Source: Phoronis australis (Eukaryota > Animalia > Phoronida). Taken from it: 64,000 nucleotides of DNA. The notes under the pieces are model-generated. The model ran no database searches and was not told the DNA's origin. It saw only the letters and a list, made by a program, of their open reading frames with translations. The DNA is taken from the NCBI GenBank assembly GCA_002633005.1, contig NMRA01000329.1:209219-273218 (forward strand), read 5' to 3'. Below, one piece after another: positions 1 to 11,400 of this stretch. The position numbers were made by a program, and so were the translations under genes. How positions within the stretch are numbered: position 1 is the stretch's first letter; each line of letters starts with the position of its first letter.

Positions 1-523
1 CACTCCCACTACTCAATATCGCTGCAGGGCTGCTTAGAGGCTCTGGGCTGGAGAAAACAGCACAGGGCGAATCACTACTGGTTCCAGGAATTGCACGCTC
101 TGGGGTACGTTCGGAGGCACGGGTGACAGTAGATGAAGTGCCTCCACTGGCTCCAGTCACTGTACTGGCCACAGCTCGCGAGGCTTCTCGCTTCAAAAAC
201 GCACTTCTCGGGGGTGGCGACGGGGCACTGCCGGGAATCAACACAGACGGAATGGCATCCTTCTTCAAGCGTTGTTTCGCGGGGACCTTCATCAGTTCAG
301 CGTACAAATCCCTTTCGTAATCGGACGGCAGAAAGTGCTTGCCACACACACGGTAATTCTCCACTGCTTTGTACGTTGCGTGGACGGGTAACGCTGCGTT
401 CTTCACACGAACGAGCCAAGTACGGCGAAGTGTGTCATCCATCGGAAAGCGATGCAAAGGCACTCCCAAAGCGCGCGTGAGCCGATAATTACTACATCCC
501 GGTACGCAGCAACAGTGTGGCAT
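1..523 (-). CDS. THAP zinc-finger ORF (5' part, runs off window); probable transposase N-terminus
   Basis: Hand translation from ATG at 523 (minus): MPHCCCVPGCSN..LHRFP..W..RVCGKHF..RLKKDAIPSV, the canonical C2CH THAP pattern with an AVP-like box. Open to position 1, so it is missing from the ORF track. Confidence 0.85.
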   Translation of the reverse strand, partial: MPHCCCVPGCSNYRLTRALGVPLHRFPMDDTLRRTWLVRVKNAALPVHATYKAVENYRVCGKHFLPSDYERDLYAELMKVPAKQRLKKDAIPSVLIPGSAPSPPPRSAFLKREASRAVASTVTGASGGTSSTVTRASERTPERAIPGTSSDSPCAVFSSPEPLSSPAAILSSGS

Positions 524-792
524 GTTGACTGACTAGTAAATGAAAGCGAACGACGACGGAACTTAACACAACCGAGGTAGAACAATGACTGACTCGGCAG
601 CTCTCACAGTCAGACTATGTGAAAAGAAATTGGCGGGAAGCGCTTGCCTCCTAAAACGTCACTTCCGGAAAAGCGGACGAATAATTAATAAAATTACGAA
701 AAGCTGTAATTAAGTGAAAAATATGTCTAGGATAACCAACCAACCTTATTTAAGCTCAAAATGACATGGAAAAAGGTTGCCTTCGCCTTTAA
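1..792 (-). mobile_element. Left end of Kolobok-like DNA transposon
   Basis: Minus strand reads TTAA|AGGCGAAGGCAACC (TTAA at 789-792), about 265 bp upstream of the THAP ORF. TTAA target, purine-purine terminus and THAP domain are Kolobok hallmarks. The other end is not visible. Confidence 0.55.
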
Positions 793-2291
793 GTTCAACC
801 AAGGAAGTGAACAGTATTGCGCATCCGTGCACTGAGCAATATATCACCAACTTTGGCCAGGGCAAGTTTATATTCAAAAAGTGGCTCACTCACATTGATA
901 AAGACCTCTTGACAACTAAAATTCCCATTTTCAAATGATTTTTATAGCATGAAATCATAATAAGAAAAAAATCCGATCGTTTATTATTTTAACTTTTGTT
1001 CATCGTCTACAATTTCAATTCATTTTGGTAGAGCTTGGTATATCCTTGCCAATAAGATAGTTTAAGTTTAGGTCAGTACTCAAATTAGGTGGTACGACAA
1101 AGCGAGTGTCCCCACGAGTGAGGTAATGTTATTTCTTAGAAAATTAAGTTTTTGGACTTGTACTTACACAGTATCGGATATCAGTCCCTATTCTACACCC
1201 ATTAATGCCGATATCAACGCTGAAATTTTTGCATGTTTCAAACAAAAATTTCAGGGGGTATTAAGCATAGACGGAGAGGCCAATGAGTTCATTGTGGTGG
1301 TTGGTGCCGCTTGAGTTGGATATGAAACCACTTCTAAATTTGTAGCCAATTCTTTGACGGGTCATGTAGATTCTTTTTGATTTCATACATCTAGGTTCTC
1401 TCAGAAAGTGCTACTTGACGCTTTTGCATTATTATACAATGTTTAAGCGTTCAGTCAAAAAGGACTTTTAATTTGTGTCAATAACTTTTGCAAAATGTTT
1501 TCATTTTGTTCCTTAGTCAATGTTAAAATGATATCTGGGATCGGGAATAACTGAAAGTTCATTATTGGCTCAATATCGTCCATGTCTTAACTTGAGCATT
1601 TCAGCTTAAGTTTCAAACCAAAAATTCAAGATTTTCACACGTTGGATTCGTTTGACGAATTGTTGTAAACAATTACACCTCTTTATATGGCAAGAAGATA
1701 ACAGTTTCGTTTTAGAAGAAACTATCAAAGAAAACATGTTTACGAGACGAGGGCATGGTCTGTAGCTGTTTTAGATTGTTGTTATACACATATATTGTAT
1801 TATAACCGTGTCATCACAAAGTGATGATTAGTAGTTGAAATAGCTTTGAGTGGCGCTCACTCAGGACAATTCGAGAACGGTACAAGGGGCTTCTGAATAA
1901 GGTGTTATAGACACAATTGAGCTCTGAAGCAAGCCCTTGACGAGTCGACGTCGTAATTCTCCAGCCTCTATCACGTCATTCGTTCCGCGTGCGTGTTACT
2001 CAGGCGGTTCCATAAAAGACAACGATGACATGGAGTGTCTGAGGTTGAAGCATATGTTAACTTTGAATAGACAAAAATCATTTAACCTTTTGTGCGGCAG
2101 TTTATCAGAGTGAGTTCTTTTGGGATGTTCTACACATGGCGGTTACTAATTGAATCTTTCTCGAAGATTCTCTTACCTGGAACAGTTATAGTAGATTCAT
2201 GCGTGTTTTTACTTGGATTTTCTAAACCATCAACAATTTGAAGACATCTACATCGTTTTCTTCGATTTTGTCATGGATTTTGTAATTGTAG

Positions 2292-2477
2292 TTTTGACGT
2301 GCACAGTTCCAACACCAAACTTCTGCACCAGAAATACAAACAAAACAACAGTGAAAGTGAACACAATTGTAAGTTTCACATGTGATGCGGGATACGAGTT
2401 TCCCAATCTCAGCACAACTATAAACTCCACGTGTATTGGTCATGAAATGTGGTCGACAGATGTACGTAATTGTACAG
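2292..2477 (+). CDS. Sushi-like exon A1
   Basis: ttgtag|..LTCTVPTPNFC..FTCDAGYEFP..STCIGHEMWSTDVRNCT|gtaagc; 186 bp. Confidence 0.85.
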
Positions 2478-5400
2478 GTAAGCAAACCACTTTTTATGTG
2501 TTGGTGAGCAAAGTGAAAATAAATCATTTCTAGAATGTTTTGTATCTTCTAATTGCAGTACAAATTAGTTCTTTCTGCTCATTAGAATATTGAATTTGTC
2601 AGATTTTCGCGGATGGAAGTTGCACTTCTTGGCAGTAAACTCCAGGCCCATGAGAGAGAAGTTCGATGTTTAAAATAATTGGCGTATAACTATAGAAGGC
2701 CGTATGAAAAAAATGCTAAACTTCAAAATCTTTTGCATTGAATTGTGCAACTCACATTTTCAGTCGACAAGACATATATAGATCCAATACAAAACTCAAG
2801 CACGACAACCTCGATCTATACCACATTCGACGACAACTCAGTTGTAAGCTTCGAATGTGATGTTGGCTACCAGCTGCCCGATAACACCACTTCGATAAAG
2901 TCTACGTGCGATAGACGTGAAACGTTGTCGACGACCGTCGATATTTGCACAAGTAAGTATGGCATGCCCGGCTTCACGAAGAGCAAATCCTTACAGCCAC
3001 AGACTATTCGCATGTATACAATTTATTACATGTATATCTAGCTTTCTATTCGAATATGCTCAAAGTAAATGCTGCTTGGAAGACATAAACGGTCATATAT
3101 CTCATCAAGCCCATACCTTTCACCAAATTACTTTTCATCACTTCTAGCCCCACGTCAAGCAGTTTCAGCACTGGCGCCAGCGTAAAGCAATTACTTCATT
3201 TCTTGAACTTTGTGTTCTAACAACAGTTGATAATTTCACACATAGCTTCACAAACTGCCAATTACATGTACATTTCAAAGTTATTGTTATCCTGCACGGT
3301 GTCTTTTCTCCTTTTTTCAAATAAAACAATCTGTCACTTGAAATTTGTGTAGTGCAGGAAACAATCTTGAGTGTATGAACAGTACAGGGATCAAAATTGT
3401 ATACTAACCCCTTCAGTATATTTGTTTGAATCCACACTACACCAAAGTTCTATATTTTCATGAATACTAAATGACAGTGAAAATCCTAGTAAGATCTAAT
3501 GGCCGGTTAATTTCAAATGCTCCCAATTGTCCTAGGGTCTGTTTCATGAAAAGTGAATAGCACAAAAATTTGGTCTTGGGATCCCAATTCACAGTTGATG
3601 AATAAAGGTTGAAATTTTAATTATTGTCACATGGAGATTTTACAAATAATATAATACAGATTGTGGCAGTGCTTAAAAGTGACGTTCTGTTATCAGAGAC
3701 TTTGTATTTAACTAAAGTGAGATTTAGAGATTTAGTTACTCTCTTTACAAATAGTTGTGTCACATGTAAATGACCAAATTTAGGACAGAACTTCTATGTC
3801 ACTTTTCCTGAAACAGAGCGCTGGTTCTCATGATGTGTACGAACTAGAACCATAGCCAGGTTCGTATCATTCTAAATGCAAATAATTTAGGTCCTGTTGT
3901 TTCTGTTGTCTTTTGCTAAAGGTCATCGCGTAAAAACGACATGTAAAGTTCCGGCCCTGGACTACAGTACCAAAAACAATGAGAACTATACAATCAACAT
4001 GTATACGACTGTAAGTTTTAACTGTGATGGCGGCCTCAAGTTTCTCGATCACAACACGGCAGTCATGTCTGCTTGTGGAGAGCAGGAATTATGGTCGACC
4101 ACTGTAAACTCTTGTAAAAGTAAGTTACCTCAGGCATATCCCACTGAGCACCTTGACTATTAACGTGAAAGTTCTCAATTAAATCAAGACGCCTATATGC
4201 ACGATGAGACAGGCGTTAAAAAAGCATTTTAACCGTGCTTTGAATACGTACTCGACGAACAGAAGATCAAGAATGGTCGTTATTCACGTTTACATTTTAT
4301 TTTAATCATCGATTGGATTTCTGAAGTTTTAGTCATAACATGCTCAGTTCCAATACCGGACTTCTGCACCACTGAGAAACACCGGCTAGTCTGGGATCTT
4401 ACAAGACGTTTTCCCGATCACAACGACATTTACACTCGCAACAGTCCTATCAGTTACAGCGGCATGTCGATGCTTCTTTTTGGTCATGAGGGATGAGAAC
4501 TCCAACCAATGTGAAAGTTGTCTTCATTTATCTTTCAGTTGTTTTCTGCTAAAGTCATTGCTAACCAAATGTGACTATTTTAGTTATGACTTGCGCATCT
4601 TCGACACTAGATGTCACCCTCAGAAACATCGATACCATCACAGTCAACGTTAACACTACTGTACGATTCACGTGTGGCTACGACGATGGGCTTCCTGAAC
4701 GCAAAATCACGGTAACGTCTACAGGAACTGGGTGGGGAACATGGGCGAAGGATGTTGAAAATTGTACAAGTAAGTTTATTTGAAATTCTCACTAATAATG
4801 CTAAGCAATGAATCTTAAACTGTATTTTGAAAACGTTGAATAGCGAACATATCAAATAGAGATACGTCAGGCTACAGTGTAATTACAACTTTTTTAAAAT
4901 GCTATTACATTTCTTCAGCATGTTTGATGTATTCCACTGTCTGTACTTTGCATCAGTCATTAAACCGAGTTTCTGTAATTTTTAGTCATAGCATGCACAG
5001 TTCCAACAGCGGATAACAGTACCATATACAGAGGAAAAGCATCAGTGAGCGTGAATACAGGTGTAAGTTTAGTATGTGATGGTGAACATGAGGTGTCCCA
5101 TCATAACAACACTATAAACTCCACGTGTACTGGGCAAGAAACATGGTCGTCGGCTGCTGGTCAATGTATACGTAAGTCGTATTGTAAATATAGAGTGCTC
5201 GAAAGCGAGGCTTTTGTTTCATCAGCCATAGAGTGTTTACTGGGGTAAATATAAATTGGTGAGCTGATATTGCAGCACTTGCCGGCCTGCGGAAACAATT
5301 TCAACTTAATCCTGTAGCCTCGTATTACGAAACTCCAGACAACCACTCCTAATTTCCAGTTAAATGCACGTCCCAAAAATATTTCTTTCGCGGTGGCCAA

Positions 5401-8400
5401 ACTGCATGCTGTCAAATATCCTGGAAACCAAACCCTTTGAGTTATCTATAAAAACAGGCAACACAGCGGTGCAAACCGTACTGCAACTACATTGTATTCA
5501 TACAAGATGCATATCTGCGTACCATTGCAGAGGAACAGTAACAGATTGTAATGACTTAGATGTCCCGGGTGACATGCACAACTAATAACAAATGATAGCT
5601 CTTCTTAATTATTACTTAGACATTTTGGTGATACCACAGTTGAGGCCTTCTCTGGAATTCTGGAAAACTCAGTGGTTTACTTTGATGTCATCACTGACTC
5701 ATTTACCGACACAAACCAAACCTTGATGAATACTTTTTATCAAGACTGCTCCATTGATTACAGTCCCTACACGGCAGAACCTTTATTAAGTAGCAATCAG
5801 TGAGTCTCAGACTTTACAAAATGCGTTTGAATTATTACGCATCACATTTTAACATCGCTTCGTTCTGTCAAAAAGCAACAATTTATTTCGATCAATAACC
5901 GTGATAAAGTGGTTTCACATTAACCTTCACTCAGTCTAAAACTGATGTCTGGAATTGGAAAACTGACTATTCGTTATTGTTTCAGACCAGGCTCTACAAT
6001 CCTTAGGTCATATTGTGAACGTTTTTGCTTCGAGACCGAAAATTTAAGATTCTGGGATGTTGGATTTGTTTAGCCTATTCAATGTAACCATTTTCACTTC
6101 TGACACACATGCACATGATTGTATTATAGGAAGAAATTCATTCAGTTTTGGAAGCCTATATACTCGACCTCGGAAAAAAGGTGTTCTCGATACGAAGACA
6201 TTGTTTGCAGCCGTTTAAGTTATTGCGATTTCTCACATGACCTGGAATGTGTTACGACACGACTGGTTAATATCACAAAGTAGTGCAAAGTAGAAATCCA
6301 AGCGCCTTACATTTTATCGTCTGCAAAACACTGAAACAACCAAACGCGGGCCAACCAAACAATGCCGGAATTTCGTGAAGGTGAGAAGGTTATGATTGAC
6401 AAATCGGGTATCACGACTGTACGTACTCCCATTTAGAAGGACATGCAAACAACATTGTTAAACGGACCCATCTTCGGCGGCGAATTCTATATCCGCGTTT
6501 ATTCAAACGGTGACGAGCCCAAAGACAAGAAACGCGACGAGACTGTCTAGATGTGCTGTCTCAGGGTCAATTCCGTCCTCACGCGCACGGAGGCCATGGT
6601 GCCTGTTGTTTATAATTATTAAAAAGAGTAAATGGATTACTTGACAATGCACAAGCGTGTATTTACAAAAGTTGCGTCTTGTAGTTGACAGATCTAGACA
6701 CGTCGAGTTTTTTCAGCTAGACGATCGTTCTTACAGTTCATTTGAGAAGACAAGTCCTGCACTCGTCNCCCCCCTCTGCGCTCTTCAATACATGTACACT
6801 ATGCCGGCCAACCTAGACCTAACAAGCGCTTTTAAGCAGTTGACATTGGACGAAGTCTTCTACCGTTTACTGCACATGTATACGAGCCGTAGCCTTTTAG
6901 GACGTATACGACTAACCTTTTGGATTAAAACTGCTCCATCCATCTTCCAAGCGACAACATTGTTTCTGGAATAGACCATGGGCCCGTTCCAACGAAACTG
7001 ACTTAGCAAAGACAAATCTTACATTTTTGTAAATTTTAAAATAAAAATTAAATTTGTCTCACAACCAATTCAAGAAAGAGATCTTAAATTTGTTTTAAGT
7101 GTTTGACATAAGTTTTGTCTTAATTTTGACTTACTTGCCTAATGTGGAAGTTTCAAAGTTTGGAAGTTAAGACAAATGTTCAACTTAAAACAAAAATAAA
7201 CTTAAGTCTGTCTCTTGGAACAGGCCCAGTGTCTTATAATGTTACATTGACGACGTTTTGGTTATCATTGAGTCTTCCGAGCAACACGTGGCCAATTCGG
7301 ATGAGGTATTTTCGCGCCTTAGCAAACGCAACGCACAACTCTATAAGAAGTTTATGCAGACGGAGATCCAGTTTATTGGACATATGCTGAATCAAAAGGG
7401 CATCCAACCTCTTATGGATAAGCTTGCTGTTGTTTTGCAGGCTCCTTCCCCTAACGATGTGTATCAGTTAAATCTAGTACTCGGTATGACTAATTTTTAT
7501 GGAAATTGCATTCCTAAACTATCCACGCTCCTTCAGACGTTGTATTCTCTATGTAACCGTCACAAATTTGAAGACATCTATATCGTTTTCGCCGATTTTG
7601 TCATGAATTTTGTAATTGTAGCTTTGACGTGCACAGTTCCAACACCAAACTTCTGCACCAGAAATACAAACAAAACAACAGTGAATGTGAACACAACTGT
7701 AAGTTTCACATGTGATGCGGGATACGAGTTTCCCGATCACACCGCTCTTATCAGCTCCACTTGCATTGGTCATGAAATGTGGTCGAAAGATGTAAGTAAT
7801 TGCACAGGTAAGCAAACCTTTTTTACGTATAGACGGGCAATGTGAAAATACTTCATCTTTTAGAACGTTGTACATCTTCCAGTTGTAGTACAAAAAAGTT
7901 ATGTTATTTTTGTTCATCGGGATACTGAATTTGTCAGATTTTCACGAACAGGAAGTTGTTCTTCTAGTTTGGAAGTACACTCCAAGTCCAACATCGAGAA
8001 GTTGGTTGTTATCAATTCCTCGCCGCCGTGGGACACTTAATGTTTCTCGCCACACAGAGTTCCTATTCCAACACTCACATTTTGGGTTCTTCCAATCAAA
8101 GTGTGCCACCTCCTTCTTTCCACCTGATGTTTTATTCTTTGGGCGCCTTGGTATTGTTCCAAAGCAGAATTTTGCTTTCGTGTAAATATGATTGATAGTG
8201 CTGAAGCAGTGATAGTTGCAGATCGGGTCGTCATGAGAACATCAAGATCGTTACATTTTGCTCATGTTGTAAGTCACGTAAAACTAAAGGACGCTCATGA
8301 TTACGTTTTGCATTTTCGTATGAAAACAAATTAAAAGTACTATTTTGCATTAAATTGTGCAACTCACATTTTCAGTCTCCAAGACATACGTAGATCCAAT

Positions 8401-11400
8401 ACTGAGCTCAAGTATGACTACCTCGAAATTTACCACATTCGACGAGAACTCAGCTGTAAGATTCGCATGTGATGCTGCCCACGAGATGGCCAATAACCAC
8501 ACTTCGGTAAAGTCTACGTGCGGTGAACGTGAAACATTGTCGACAGGGGTCGATATTTGCACAAGTAAGTATGGCAGGCCTGGCTTCACGAAGGGCAAAA
8601 TATTACAACCACAGACTGTTCACATGTATACAATTTATTCTATTTGCCTCTTTTCCACATCCAGTCTCTCTATTCGAATACGTCCAAAGTAAATGTTATT
8701 TGGAAGACATAGACGGTCAAGAATCTCATCAATTCCGTACTTTCAACCAAATTACTTTTCGTCACTTCTAGTCCGACGTGCAGCACGATTTCAGCACTGG
8801 GGCCAGCGTAAAGCATCACTTCATTTCTTGAACTTGTGCTCTAAGAACATTTGATAATTTCACACATCTCTCCACAAAAAGCCAATTACATATTGTACAT
8901 GTACATTTCAGGGTTAATGTTATCCTTCATGATGTCCTTTCTTCTTTTGTCACATGTAACTTTTTGACTCGAAATTTGTGTTCAGCTGAAAACAAACTTG
9001 AGTGTATAAATAGCACAGGGATTAAAATTCATAACTTCATTCAGTATATTTTTTTAATTCAACACAGCATTAAAATGCTATATTTTCTTAGCTACTGATT
9101 GAAAGTGAAACTGGTAGTAAGATCTAATGACAATTCAAGAATTTGCCATCTAATGAAACGTTTATTTTTGGAATGCTCACATTTTTCCTCGGGTCTGTTT
9201 CAAGGAAAGTGACTTAGCACAAAAATTTGGTGGTAGGATCCCATTTCAAAATTGATGAATAAAGGTTAAAATTGTAATTATTGCCACACGACATCTTTAG
9301 AAATAATTTAATACAAATTGTCTCAGTACCTACAAGTGAAGTTCTGTGAACAGAGACTTTTTACTTTTGCTAAAGTGAGATTTAATAAATCCCCTTACAG
9401 ATTGTTGTGTGTAACTCGTAAAAGAGCACTTTGAAAATAAAGCTTCAAAATCACGACTTCAGGAGAAGAGTACTGGCCCTTGTTAAGTGTGCGAACTAGA
9501 ACCATTGCCAGGTTCGCATCATTCTAAATGCAAACGATTTAAGTCCTGTTGTGATATAATTTCTGTTGTCTTTTGTAAAAGATCATCGCGTAACAACGAC
9601 ATGTACAGTTCCGACCCTGGACTTCAGCACCAAAAACATAGAGAACTATATAGTCAACATGAACACGACTGTAAGTTTTGACTGTTATAACGGCTTCAGA
9701 TATCTATATCACGAAACAGCGGCCATGTCTACTTGTAGAGGGCAGGAAATATGGTCGACCACTGTAAACGCTTGTAAAAGTAAGTTACCTCAGGCATATT
9801 CCAATGATTATTTTGACTATTGAGGTGAAAGTTTTCATTTAATCAATGTAGTGAGGCGTTAAAGGGCATGTTAACCGTGCTTTGAATTCGTACTTGACCA
9901 GCAGTAGATCAAAAATAGTTTTTACGTTTTGATTTTATTTTAATCATCGAAAGGATTTCTCATGTTTCAGTGATGACCTACTCATTTCCAATACCGGACT
10001 GTGGAAGCACTGTGAAACACTGGCTGTTCTGTTATCTTGCAGGGCGTTCTCCCGATAACAAAATCGTTTACACTCGCAGCAGTCCTTTCAGTCAAAGCGG
10101 CATGTCGACGTTGCGTTTTTTGTCATTCCGGATGCGAATTCCAGCCCATGTGAAATCTGTCTTAATATTTCTTCCAGTAGTTTTCTTCTTAAGTCATTGC
10201 TTACCAAAATTTGACAAGATTCATCCTTGTGTTCATAATGTGGCTCGATGAATCAATGTTACTATTTTAGTTATGACATTTGCATCTCCGACACAAGACG
10301 TCACCCTCAGAAACATCGACAACATCATAGTCAGCATAAATACTACTGTACGATTCAAGTGCAACGACGACTACGGGCTACCCGAGCGCAAAATCAAGGT
10401 TATTTCTACCGGAACTGGGTGGGTAACATGGCCGAATGATGTTGAAAATTGTACAAGTAAGTAAGGAAATTTCAAATACTCATTAAAAATGTTAAGTAAT
10501 CACTCTCTAACGATTTTGAAAACATTGAAATGCGAACCATGTCAAATAGAGTTACGTCAAACTACAATGTAATTCCAACTTTTCCAAACTACTATAATTT
10601 TTTCAGCATGCTTGATTTAGTCCACGGTCTGTACGTTGCATCAGTCATTAAGCTGAGATTTCGTATTTTTTAGTCATGACATGCACAGTTCTAACACCGG
10701 AGTACAGTACCAAAAGCAGTGGAAAAGCATCAGTCAGCGTAAAAACAGCTGTAAGTTTAGTATGCGATGGTGGACATGAGGTGTCCAATCATAACAACAC
10801 CATGAACTCCACGTGTACTGGGCAAGAAACATGGTCAACTGATGCTCATCGATGTATAAGTAAGTTGTATTGCAAATATAGGTTTTTGCAAAGCGAGGCT
10901 TTTGTTCCGCGATCTTGAACAAACTTTCCATCAGTTATTTAATGTTCACTAAGCTAACTGTATATTGATGAGCTGATATGGCAACACTTCCCTTCCTGCG
11001 TAAACAATTCCAACATAAACACTGTACTAGTGGCTTCGTATTGCGAAACCCCAGACAAGCACTCCCAATTTCCAGTAACATACACGGCTCAACAAAATTT
11101 CGTTCACGGTGGCCAAACTCTGGTCAAGGGGAGCCATGCTAACAAAAATCCTGGCGTCCCATTAGTTTCAGAATTGTTGTTTTGAAATTTTGGTAATACC
11201 ACTGTAGAGACTCTTTCTGGTTTTCTGCAAAATTAGATTGACTTTGATATCATCAATGACTCAGTTACCACCACAAACCAAACGTTGTTGGAAGGTTTTT
11301 TACAGAGACTGCTATAAGTTATCCTTCGTTGATTACAGACCCTACATTTTTATTTATTTATTTATTGGGGACAAATAAAACAACAACAATAATGTATATT

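Noticed and set aside
5620-5803. Possible terminal exon after E1 (FGDTTVEAFSGILEN...)
   Set aside because: That frame does not match the phase-1 donor of E1, the unit 2 copy has a stop and an insertion, and no domain is recognisable.
7258-7845. 195-aa RT-sushi fusion ORF
   Set aside because: Chance read-through from a decayed RT across intron sequence into exon A2, which has its own acceptor; no real start codon.
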